Positions 52,371-64,000 of a DNA stretch of 64,000 nucleotides are shown one piece after another. This DNA is from Squalus acanthias (lineage: Eukaryota): the NCBI GenBank assembly GCA_030390025.1, contig CM059431.1, positions 130,574,001 through 130,638,000 of the forward strand, given 5' to 3'. Under the pieces are notes generated by a model that had not been told where the DNA came from, did not search any database, and was given only the letters and a program-made list of their open reading frames with translations. The first letter of the stretch is position 1; each line of letters opens with the position of its first letter. A program made the translations under genes and the position numbers.

Positions 52371-54819
52371 TTTTGTCTTATTTTTTTTGACTGTTGTTGG
52401 TTTATTATCCTTTTGTCATGTATGAAAGAAAAATTATGGCAAACAGTTGATTGTGTGGCCTTTGTGTTCTGGGAAATGGCGCCTGCAATTACAGAGCCAT
52501 ATGGTAGCCACCTATGGTTGAAGAGTAAGCTTATGCTAATGTGGCATGGCAGTGTGCATACCCTGCTTGACGGGCAGCAGTGAATTGGAGGGATGCTGCA
52601 TTGGTCACAACAGGGCATGCAAGGCGCCCCTCGTCCTCCTCCTCCTCCTCTTCCCAGGAAGATCTGCGCTGAGCCACGCGGCTGCTGCTCCTCTGATTAT
52701 GAGAACCAGGATGAGAGGACATAAATGTTTCCCATCCCCTTGCTATAGATTTCATTTGAGGCAACAAGCTTGCAAGCGCACAGTCGAAGTGGCCTGAAAT
52801 AATTCCATTCAGGTCACAATGCAGATGGGTGTCAGCCTGAACAGTCACAAGGTCAGTAGATGTGCAAAATCTTATCCCATACCTACAACAGCAAATTTGT
52901 TGCATTTGAATGTCAGCCATGTTTCAGGGGCGCTTTTAAAGTGCTCCACCAATGACTACAAATCATGTCCTCCAGCAACTCGTCTTCTTGAACCTGGCCT
53001 GTTTGTGATAAGTTGGGAAACAGGAGCCAGAAGCATGAAAATGGGAAACTACTATGAAAATAGGATTAGCAAGGCAGTTAACAGGCTGTCCCAGCGGTTC
53101 CAGTCGGGCAGTTTGGTAGCTGCTAAACAGACACTCACGAAAATTGGGTGGGGGCGGGATGGAGGCGGGTTGGGTGTCTGAAGCCATTTTTTCCGATTTA
53201 TGCTACAGACCCGCCTCCAAACCGGCCTCCTCAGAGCTATTAAAATCGAGCCCCATGTCTCCACAAATATATGTTACATAGGATTAATCACATTGGAAAA
53301 TGATGTAAATTATTAAGGATGAGCTCCACAAAGAAGCCCAAATGAGAACTGAACTAATTTTAATTGATTCAGAAATATATGGATTTTGGTTCGGTATAAT
53401 GTGATCAAAATGCGTATTTCACTGTAACAAAATGGTGCCCTGCTTGTATACAGTGGAATATTTTGGCAAATATGAGAGGAAAATCAATCCTCTCACAATG
53501 GTAAACAAATGTGAAGATGGAAGTGATCGATAATGCTGAATGCACAATATTCTGTTCTGTTTCGACAGGATAGTTTTTCTTTATTAGGTGGTATAAGAAC
53601 AGAATGAACTCTGAGACAACTATATGAGGAACAAAGGTATCTCAAAATGACTTAGAATATACACAGTTTTCTAGACATACAGAAATAGTTGGAGAGATTT
53701 CCCTATGAGAAAAATGGCAGCAAATTCCCTGTATCTTAAAGTATGTTCTAGCAAATGATGGTACGCTCGGCAGTTAATCTTCTGTGTAGAAGTAACAGAG
53801 TGATGATTAACTCTGTGTTTAAACTTGTGTAAAAAGGACAGCATTTCAGCTGGGAAAGAGTTTCATAGGCAGGAAAAGCTGTATGAAAGCTGCCACCATT
53901 CAGTGTGGAGTTTCCCTTACAACCTGCCAAACAGGGATAGAGCATAATTCACTAGGCAAAAAATACTTTATAAAATACTGAAGCTGTTGATGGTGACAAT
54001 CTAGGCTGAGCTTTCTTGTGGATTCTGACCCTTGAAACAGTTTTTCCAGCTATTCTTGCTACTAGGTTGGCATAGTAAATTTTGCAAGTGATTACCAAGG
54101 CAGGAAGCTGAATACTTGAAACTGAAGACTGCTTTCAGTCTTTGCAGAATAAAGATGGGTAGACAATATTGCAATCAATATACCTCAACAAAGTAATCAA
54201 CAGGGGTAAATGTCATGCCAGGAGCAGAGACACTTGAAAATTCACCCTTTAGTATTTTCAGTGCTTAAGGCAATGCATTTTTGGTGCTTACTATTAAATT
54301 CTGTCAATAAGTGCCGGTAAGGATTTGGTCATTGTCTGTCTGTCTATCTGTTAGGTTGGGATTAAACTCTCTGTTCAAGTAGCATCATAAGCAAATGAGA
54401 ACATCACTCTTGACAATACCGACAATGTCCTTGAACAAGCCAAGCTCGCTGCCTTTTATGATCCCTGTATAGATGTGAGAAGATGATGAGCATCTATTCA
54501 TCATGATGTTTACTTCCTCTGAAGGGTTATGCATCTATTTTAGCATTTCATGAAATATACCAAAAGAGATTAGCTTATCAATTAGGCTAAATGACTTGCC
54601 CTATCTAAAGCTACAGCTGTAGCTTCATGCTAGGCAACAAGGGAATCTTTCCACTTTAGGACCATGAGATTGCGAGCAATACAATTCAATTGATTTGCTC
54701 TGCAGCCAAATTGATATATGGATAAGATAATGATGTGAATGAGATTTTGCAACTACTTCTCATGTTGTGATTTACATGAGCTTTGACTGGATTAGTCTGT
54801 ATTTGTTGGGGTTGATTTT

Positions 54820-56120
54820 GTTCTGTTCTTGGACTAGAAAGGAGAAGCTTGAAAGGTGATATGATTGCTGTTTTTAGGAATCTAAAGGGACTAGCTAATG
54901 TAGACACGCTGTTTCACCTTAGCCAGAACAGTAGAATCAGAGGAGACACGCCCTGTGCTTGAAGGGAGGTAAACTCAAAACTAATCTGCAGAAACATTGG
55001 CTTGTATTTTCCGATCGCAGGCCTCCCGCGGGCGGAGGCCTGCGATCTGGAAAAATCTACGCCCTTACCTGAGGGCTCCCGGGACGCACACGCTTCCGCT
55101 CCTGGGCCTCTCCAAACTCCAAGTGCGCAGGGCCCACATATCCCAGAGGCGCATGTAGTTCGCAGCGTCCCTGGGATCACGTGGACCATGGGGAGCCAAT
55201 CAAAGAAGGGAATCTTCCTTCATACACTTGACAGGAAGACCTGTCAAGTATATGAATGGAGATCGCCCCAAAAACATAGTAAAACTTTAAATAAATTTTT
55301 TTTTTAATCACATTTTTAAAATGACTTGAAATTACAATAAATTAAATATTTTAAACAAAAATTTAAATTTTTGAAAAAATAATTAAAGTTTTTTACGGGG
55401 CTAAAAATAAACTTAGCTTTTTTTAAAGTATTTTTAAATGATAAATCAGTGAAAAAAATATTTTTTTTACTTTTTTCAACTCTTATCCTGGTAAAAGCAG
55501 GGCTTATGCCTGCTTTTACCAGGCATAAGAATTGTAAGGGTTTTCTGCAGGCGGAGGGTCTCCAAAAAGTGGAACTATCCGCCCGCAGAGGCCCTTCTCC
55601 AGGGCAGGCGGAGGATCTGTCAAGACCATTCTTGACAGATCGGAAATGCCGGTTTTCAGCGCATGCGCAGTGCATGCCTGAAACTGGCATTTCCGATGTC
55701 CCTACGGGCGGGTACACAGCGCGTACACACCCGTAGGGATCGGAATATCTGGGCCATTATTTCATGAGTGAGTGGTAAATCTATGGAACAGGCTTCCTAA
55801 TGAGATGGTTAAAGCAGCTAGTATTGATTCATTCAAATCCAAATTAGATAGATTTCTTTCAGAAAATAATATTTTGGGATACGGGAAATTAATAATTTGA
55901 GACATCAGATATGTTATGCGTAACATGCTTGGGAGGAACAGGTGACTTTGAACCTATGGTTTCCAAAGCTTTCCACTCGCCTCATGTCTGGGTCTCTTGT
56001 GTACAAATTGATAGAGCTTGATTGCCATGATTAGTCAACAACTCCATTATTTTTGTATCATGTGACTAGAAGGTGAACTAGATGAACGTTGGTCGTTTTT
56101 CATTTAGCAATTCCTATGTT
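54820..56120 (+). mobile_element. Old CR1 3' fragment split by a MITE
   Basis: LERRSLKGDMIAVFR...KLKTNLQKH|YF...VVNLWNRLP frame continues across the MITE. Confidence 0.75.
54999..55755. mobile_element. Harbinger-like MITE with multiple internal hairpins
   Basis: TIRs GGCTTGTATTTTCCGATC / GATCGGAATATCTGGGCC; TSD ATT at 54996-54998 and 55756-55758. Confidence 0.85.
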
Positions 56121-56869
56121 CTGAAGTAGAATGTTGGCTATTTTACACGTTGATGGGACAACCATGGCTCAGAGAAACATTTGAATAGATAAACCAGGGA
56201 AGCAGTCAATTTTCTCATGAAAATTTTTGACAACCCAAGACCTAAACTATCAGGACTAGTAACTTTCCATAACCAAGTTTTTCAATGAAATATTTAACTT
56301 TATTGTGTGATTTTGATTTAGCTGTTTACATTGTTAGACTTAAGCAGAGCTTGTTATAGACTTTGAATTTCAGGTGACTTTTCAGCAAGTGTGTTCTTTA
56401 GCAACTCTACCTCATACACAGACTGTGTTCTCTCAAGGAGGCATACTGGGCCCAAAAGTAACACAGATTTGTCTATCTTCCAATGGTCATTAAAATATCT
56501 TAATCATGCAGTTTGGAGCTAATCTCTTGTATGTGCCTCTGGAGGGCTAATTATGGGATTGGTTCACATGGAGATGGGGTATGGAGATGAACTTTCTTAT
56601 CCCTTTGGCTGTCTGATCTTCCCTATAACAAAGCCTTCCCACTTTTTGTCTAACGCTGCAGCATAGAATTAATTAAATCAGGGCTGTGTGTCTGTGTCAA
56701 TCTCGGGGATATGATGCTCTGTATCACTAGGATTATGTTGCTGAGTCCAGACAAAATCTAGATATTTTCACTGGTATGCCATGCCAAAGTAACAAATTCC
56801 TACTTAAGCATGTTCCAATTGGTCCAACCAAACAGCCAAACCATAAGTATTTAATTCAGGATCCCAAGA

Positions 56870-57208
56870 GAAACCTGCTTAGGCTTCTTCGGCAGCACCT
56901 TCCAAACCCGCGACCTCTTCCACCTAGAAGGACAAGGGCAGCAGGCACATGGGAACACCACCACCTCCAAGTTCCCCTCCAAGTCACACACCATCCTGAC
57001 TTAGAAGTATATCGCCGATCCTTCATCGCCACTGGGTCAAAATCCTGGAACTCCCTACCTAACAGCACTATGGGAGTACCTTCACCACATGGACTGCAGC
57101 GGTTCAAGTAGGCGGCTCACCACCACCTTCTCAAGGGCAACTAGGGATGGGCAATAAATGCTGGTCTTGCCAGCGACACCCAGATCCCATAAGCGAATAA
57201 AAAAAAAA
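56870..57208 (+). mobile_element. 3' end of a non-LTR retrotransposon with A-tail
   Basis: ...SFIATGSKSWNSLPNS...GLQRFK C-terminal motif, AATAAA and A-run at 57197-57208. Confidence 0.6.
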
Positions 57209-58006
57209 GGTACAAACCAATTCAATGCCAAATAGTGCTTTAAGCATGTTCAGTTATTCAGGGGAGTCCGACAATGCTTTGTCTAAGTGAGAATTACTGT
57301 ACTTAGAGAGTGAGCCAAATGGATGTGGTTATGAACAAATACAAAGGAGAGTGCAACATAGTCCTTGTAGTCTTTCTTTTGATTCCACATCATCACTGAG
57401 GTTGCCAATCAGGAATAAGAGCATCTTGAGGTAGATGATCAAATTTTGTTAATGGTATTTTATAGGAAGGCAAAATTGAATCATTAGCAAATGATGGATG
57501 GTAAACTGAAAGAACCTTCCTCTGTTTCTCAAAAAGACTTGGAAGTTTCCTGATTCCAAATCTTATCTGTGTGAAGCTGCTAATCCATGCTTAAAATATT
57601 GGACTACCCAGCCACCATCTGTTCCATAGACCTACCAAGAGAGGCCATGGTGAGAAACACACACAGCCTGGTTCCTACCTGCTTACTTAAGAATGATTCA
57701 CAGGTAGCTATACTTCAGGATTACCAGGCATTGACACATTAGGAGGGGATGACAGGTTGTCTGAAATACCACTAATGTTTGAGATTTACATATATAAATG
57801 ACATATATAATAATATATATATATAGCTGCCCATGTCTTTAAGGGAATATATCTGCTTCACTCTTGCATCATAAGTGTAACTCCTCTTACTATTTTTTTA
57901 TCTGTGATTTTAATATTGAGTTAATCATTGAATATTTTCCTCAGAAAGAATTAATTATTAAAAGTATTTTTTGTTCTTTTGAAGTTTTATGCCCGGGCTA
58001 AATAAT

Positions 58007-58743
58007 GGCCCTTAATTTGCAGGGTACTCTCAGAGTACGCCATCATACTGCCTTTGAAATTGACCACAAGTTCGGGATTTCCATGCGCGAAATCCCGAAC
58101 TTGCTATCTGTCAAGTTTCAAATAGTCAGATGATCGGCTGTGATTTTCAAGTCCTCGTTGCTGGCGAAAAGTTGAGCTAACTGCCCACCTACTGCACATC
58201 AATTACGCTTGAAAATTTTACGGCTGGTGCAAACAGCTGCAGGAGCCTGTTTGCACAGCGTAAGGGGAGGGGCAATGAGAAAATTGTATAGTAATTAAAA
58301 ACGAACTCGTAAAAGAACCTACCAGGCCACTGTAAAGGCTCGCTTTGAAGGATCAGATCATATTAATCTATTTTTTAAATCTTGTAGAATCTTCCAGTAA
58401 ATAATTGTACTTACTCCAAAGTATTCCCTGTGCTCTTTAAAGCCAAGTATTGTACTTGTCAAACAAATATAGTTAGTATCACACTGTTTACTTTATAAGT
58501 TCTTTGATGTCGAGTTGAAATTTTTCCTGATTGGTTAGTGAAAGGAGTACCGCCCCATGTGATCCCAGGTACGCTTACGCACAACGGAGCGCCTCTAGGA
58601 TCCATGGGCCACTATGCTGCGCACAACTCCGCAGCATTTCAAAGCAAGTTCTTGCTTGGGGCTTCGCACGAGGTAGGTGCGGATTTCCTTTGGAGCTTGG
58701 CAGCGTACTCCTTAGATACATGGCCGACTGCAATTTCAGGGCC
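58007..58743. mobile_element. Harbinger-like MITE
   Basis: TIRs GGCCCTTAATTTGCAG / CTGCAATTTCAGGGCC (14 of 16 match); TSD AAT on both sides. Confidence 0.85.
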
Positions 58744-60021
58744 AATACTTAAGCAATAATGGACTTGTGGGAGTACAGTAAGCTATGATAGAAGTGAAAA
58801 TTTATCACTGAAGGCTTTCAATCAATTATATCCTATTGTACAACTGTGACTCATTACTATTCATCCACATTTTCAAGATTTTTCTATTTCACAATTCTAT
58901 TTTATACTTTTTAAAAATAAATAAATGATGTCCTGTTTATATTGCTGGTCTAACTTCCTTGGTTGAAAGCAAAGTGTCATCGTACCACAATTGTGATTTC
59001 ATTAGATATCCTCAAACAAGACTGACACAGTAGAATTGAAGACACCTAGCAGCCAATCAGATTTCAGTATCCAAATGGCTTGTGATTGAATTTAATAGTA
59101 ATTAATAAAAAGGGAATACAGTAGGTCAGAGCTGAGAGCAGTCGGGCTAATTGAAGCACAAGACTTTACGCTGAGCCATTCAGCCAAGCTGCCTCTCCTC
59201 AGTTCTTACTTGTGCATTATTACAACTTAATTATACTTAAATACGTTAAAAAGAATATTTCAGTAATGTCTCATCAGACATTTGAGAAAACAAAATCCCT
59301 TTATGTTGGTGGGCTTTGCTGGTATCTGAGCCAGCTCAGCATAGATGCATAAGATCTTCACTTTGTTGATGGTTCTTTGTAATTTTAACTTAATAGTTTA
59401 TGGAAACTCTAAGGGCAACACTAATTACTTCCTCTGATTCTGCAATGTACCTCAGAAGTTGTATATTTTTGGTGGATGGGGGAAATCGGGATGAGGCATA
59501 CAATTTAAGACTAACGTCACTCATTCAAATATTGAAAACTTAGCTACAACCTTGAGTATAATCGAATTTTTCTTCAAACTGGATCAAAAGCAATCTTCAG
59601 AGCCTCTAGAACAGTCGAATAAAACCATTGCATCTCATTCCTGCTGTATTCAAGGATATCTGATGACCCCCAAAATGTTTTTAAGAATTTTTAATTGATT
59701 GTAGGGTTTGTTTTTAAAAAAAAATGTCCCCACCCCAAAAGTGGAACTAGGGCAGAAATGGATCCTTCAAGTTTAAAAGAATTAACATTTCACTTGTTTA
59801 TTTCTAAGTATGTGCTGGTGAAAACAATTTTACCCAAGTTGGTTTTCTGAAAGATGTGCTGTATATTCTTGTACGCCTAATAATATTGGACCGAGGGGTG
59901 AAAATATAATATACATTTATAAGTTACTGCAGTCATGTATGGAAGTTTACATAATGATTACATGGCTTGTTAAAGTGGTACACATTTTTTTGTACCTCAA
60001 ATAAAAACCAACAATACAGCC

Positions 60022-60164
60022 CAATGTGTACAAGCTACTTGCTTAAAACCTGTAACATCGCTAACATCTTTCAGTTCAGATGAAAAGTCATTGACCTGAA
60101 ACGTTAACTCTCCACTGATGCTGGCTGACCTGCTGAGTGTTTCCAGCATTTTCTCTTTTTATTT
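60022..60164 (+). mobile_element. Short Penelope-derived insertion with degenerate hammerhead motif
   Basis: 14-bp direct repeat CCAACAATACAGCC at 60008-60021 and 60165-60178; hammerhead-like core at 60073-60109. Confidence 0.65.
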
Positions 60165-60884
60165 CCAACAATACAGCCAACTGGTCAAAATTGTGAATGA
60201 GTAGCATTTCAGTGTTATGAACCCTTTTTATAGTAATTTAAGTCCTGCTGACAAAATGGCGGCTGTACCTAATTCTTAACTAGATGATTTCATGCAAAAC
60301 ATGATACACCAATAACAATGGCTGTTTTTCAAGCAGTGAATGAACTATTTAATTGGTGTAAATTATAAAAAGTTTGTGAATCCAGCTGTGGATTGCGCTG
60401 TGGAGTGACAAGATCATAAAGCTTGTTTCATGAATTGAGTCCTAGTTAACTGCATAATACAGGAATGATAGTACCTTTTTGGGTGAAGAGGAGGGTTACC
60501 ACCAAAATAAGGTGAATGAAGGGTACATGGATTCTTTGCATATCATTGAAAAGATACGTGGAAGGTGCATTAGCTCCACCCGACCCACTTCCTGCCAGCT
60601 TCCCTCCCCAGCTGCCACAACCCCCACCAGGATAGATACCTCCCTTAGCCCCAGTCCACATGCTACCAAAAATCTCACTGTCACCTGAAATTGGCTTTAA
60701 GTTTCTTGAAGCTTAAAGCTTTAATATTTTTTAAAGCATTATATTACAGGGTCCTACCGTCGTGGAGCCTTCTTTCTTTTACAAACAATTGTCCTTGATC
60801 AATCCAAGTTCCAAACACCTTTTAATACACATAACCCAAAGCAAGGTTACACAATACATCTTTTATCTCTTCAACTCCCAGCCT

Positions 60885-61002
60885 CACTGAGCTCGCTCAG
60901 TCAGTCTCTCACTCGCTCTCATGCACTCTCACACTCACACACTCACTCACACACTCTCATTCACACACTCGCACACTCTCATTCACACACTCACATACTC
61001 GC
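60885..61002. repeat. (CA/CT)-rich imperfect microsatellite
   Basis: cactc/cacac/ctcgc repeats. Confidence 0.85.
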
Positions 61003-61309
61003 CTACTTGGCTGGGAAAAGTCTCCTCCTACTCCAGGTGCAATTATCTTTAAAGGGGAGGTTCCTAAAGGGGGCCATACTCTTACTCTGGACGAGAAACC
61101 TCATTCACCCTACTACAGATAGCATAACTTAAACTGGTTGCTACTCAGAACATAAACCCATTCTATGAGGAAAACCCTGTTTTATTTAAATAGCACTGTT
61201 TGACATCGATATAAAACATTGGTTTCCACCATAGCTGGCACAGCCTGTAGATTTCAGTGGAGGTAAGGGAGGTTGGAGCGAGCAGGAATGGCAGGCACTC
61301 AGGAGGACC

Positions 61310-63270
61310 CGAACTCACGCAAAGAATTCTCTTCAGATGTTTGGAGGATATAGTCCTTACCATCTAGTCTATGGGCGCAATCCCAAACTACCTTTTGTTC
61401 TTTGTGATAATCCTCCTGCTCTAGAAGGTACTATAATTAGTGCCATTTTTTCTGAGCATTTAAATGCTTTGCATGCAAGTAGACGGGCTTTTATCAAGGC
61501 TGAGGTATCAGAGAAACTTCGTAGAGCACTGAGGCATCGTATTAAATCGTCTGAGACAGAGTTCAATTCAGGAGATTTTGTATACTATAAAAGAGAGGGT
61601 CATAAGGAATGGAAAGGCCCTGGTAAGGTGATGGTAAGACAGTACTTGTCAGATATCGTAATCAAACTGTTAAGGTTCATTCATCACGATTAACTGGAAT
61701 TAATTATAAAATCTCAGACTCTGAGCAGTTGATCAAAGTAAACGCAGCACACTGTAGCTTAAATGTTCATGATTTTTTTGATGAGGGTCCTGAGGAACAT
61801 GTTTTTATGAAAGGGAAATCATGTTTATCAACTTTATTAGAGTTTTTTGAGGATGTAACTAGCAGGGTAGATAAAGGGGAACCAGTGGATGTAGTATATT
61901 TGGATTTCCAAAAGACATTCGATAAGGTGCCACATAAAAGGTTGCTCTGCAACATAAGGGCTCATGGGATTGGGGGTAAATATATAGCACGGATAGAAGA
62001 TTGGTTAACGGACAGAAAACAGAGAGTAAGGATAAACGGGTCATTTTCCAGTTGTCAGGCTGTAACTAGTGGGGTGCCGCAAGGATCAGTGCTTGGGCCT
62101 CAACTATTTATAATCTATATTAATGACTTAGATGAAGGGACCAAGTGCAATGTATCCAAGTTTGCTGATGATACAAAGCTAGGTGGGAAAGTAAGCTGTG
62201 AGAAGGACACAAAGAGCTGCAAGGGGATATAGACAGGTTAAGTGAGTGTGTAATAAGGTGGCAGATTAAGTATAATGTGAGGAAATGTGAGGGTATTCAC
62301 TTTGGTAGGAAGAATAGAAAAACAATATTTGTTAAATGGTGAGAAGCTATTAAATGTTGGTGTTCAGAGAGATTTAGGTGTCCTCATACAGGAAACAAAC
62401 AAAGTTAGCATGCAGGTAAAGCAAGCAATTAGGAAGGCAAATGGCATGTTGGCCTTTATTGCAAGGGGGTTGGAGTACAAGAGTAAGGAAGTCTTACTAC
62501 AATTGTACAGGGCTTTGGTGAGACCACACCTGGAGTACTGTGCACAGTTTAGGTCTCCTTATTTGAGGAAGGCCATACATGCTTTCGAGGCAGTGCAATG
62601 AATGTTCACTAGATTGATCCCTGGGATGAGAGGGTTGTCTTATGAGGAGAGATTGAGTAGATTGGGCCTATACTCGTTGGCGTTTAGAAGAATTGAGAAG
62701 TGATCTCATTGAAACATATAAGATTCTGAGCGGGATTGACAGGGTAGATGCTGAGAGGTTGTTTCTCCTGGCTGGAGAGTCTAGAACTAGGGGGCATAGT
62801 CTCACGATAAGGGGTCAGCCATTTAAGACTGAGATGAGGAGGAATTTCTTCACTCAGAGGGCTGTGAATCTTTGGAATTCTCTACCCGAAAGGGCTGTGG
62901 ATGCTGAGTCATTGAGTATATTCAACGCTGATACAGATGGATTTTTGGACTCTAAGGGGATCAAGGGATATGGGGATCGGGTGGGAAAGTGGAGTTGAGG
63001 TCGAAGATCAGCCATGATCTTATTGAATGGTGGAGCAGGCTCGAAGGGCCGTCTGACCTACTCCTGCTCCTAATTTTTATGTTCTTATAGAACAGAATGA
63101 GGTGGATCAAGGGCTGGACAGTGGTACTGTGAGTGATCATGGCGCACATGACAGAGCTATCACATCCACAGAGCAGTTGTCCAGAGTGGGTACACGGGTG
63201 ACATATGCTCTAGAAGGGACTAATGAATGGAGAGATACAACAATTTTGGAACGTGCAGGAAAAGCTACTG
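61310..63270 (+). mobile_element. LTR retrotransposon pol remnant (integrase C-terminus, possibly GalEa-like Copia), split by CR1
   Basis: GYSPYHLVYGRNPKLP...RRALRH...GDFVYYKR...WKGPGKV; continues after the CR1 as ...EWRDTTILERAGKAT. Clade assignment is from recall only. Confidence 0.7.
61800..63089 (+). mobile_element. CR1/HER1-like LINE, 5'-truncated
   Basis: Frameshifted RT ([21 protein letters not shown]), conserved tail, GAACA duplicated at 61795-61799 and 63090-63094. Confidence 0.92.
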
Positions 63271-64000
63271 CTGGGAATATTCCCTGGAAGCTGCGCTTTG
63301 TTCTGCGCAGCCTGTTTCTTTTAGTGCACTGGCCCTTTAAATTTCCACGCATGTGTGGTATATACAATGAAGAAACTGGTGAGCGGCCTGCGCGGGACCT
63401 TTCCCATTACTGCGCAGCCTAGAGAGAGCATTGCTGGTAGCTTTAGGATGATGGCCAAGAAGCGAGCTCCATGGACTTGCAGAATGGGGCGAAAGAGTGG
63501 AAAGTAAGAAAGCGCACTACAGATAGTGATAGGGAGTCCGGAAGTGACTCTCGCATTAGAAGATGATCGCGAACTAGAGAAAGAGCCTCCGATAGTTGTC
63601 ATGGTCGGGCCTTATTTTAATATTCACGGTGAGCTGCCGGCATGTTTGGGGTGCTGACAGGCAGCGTGCTGATCCATTCGTTAGTAAGACTTTCTTACTG
63701 ATGTTCACCTGGTGAAACGTTTGTTTGTTCATATTCTCTTCTAAAACACATTGCAGAACAAATCAAATCTTAAGTTCTTTGGGTAATGTTTACATTTGAA
63801 CTAATATGCTTTAAATGTTATCTCCAAGACAGAGAAACATCAATTATGCTTTCTATTATTTATTCTTAAAGCCAAACAACAATTTTTTTAGTGGAAAGCT
63901 GTCTTCATTTTGGCTCCGTGTATAGTTAAGACAAATGGCCTTCACTGCACTGGTAGTGTACACTGGACAGTTGATTGTCCCTGCAAGTCATCATGGACCA

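Larger units (their letters stand above)
44614..53253 (+). mobile_element. Harbinger-like transposon (~3 kb) carrying a spliced Myb/SANT-like gene, interrupted by CR1
   Basis: TIRs GGGCTCGATTTT / AAAATCGAGCCC, flanks TAT/CAT; Myb-like exons lie on both sides of the CR1. Confidence 0.8.

Noticed and set aside
52531..52920. Harbinger DDE transposase ORF
   Set aside because: Position and strand fit a remnant, but no catalytic motifs are recognisable.

Overview
Eukaryotic, repeat-rich vertebrate DNA, most likely from a cartilaginous fish. This is inferred from esterase-type CR1/HER1-like LINEs, HE1-like V-SINE and SacSINE1-like SINEs. The only host coding sequence I can support is one 169-nt + strand exon (4254-4422) resembling the penultimate exon of glypican-5, so the rest is probably gpc5 intron. 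The window holds two near full-length CR1 LINEs, many CR1/L2 fragments, Harbinger-like elements and MITEs, a hAT element and an LTR-retrotransposon integrase remnant, often nested inside each other. The most striking item is a young Penelope-like element (open RT + GIY-YIG ORF) with 288-bp inverted pseudo-LTRs, each carrying a minimal hammerhead ribozyme motif, one on the host sense strand. Other highlights: a multi-hairpin MITE family, a stand-alone ~90-bp-arm palindrome, and a CR1 5' UTR tandem array whose units look like micro-introns. All calls are by eye; no database search was run.
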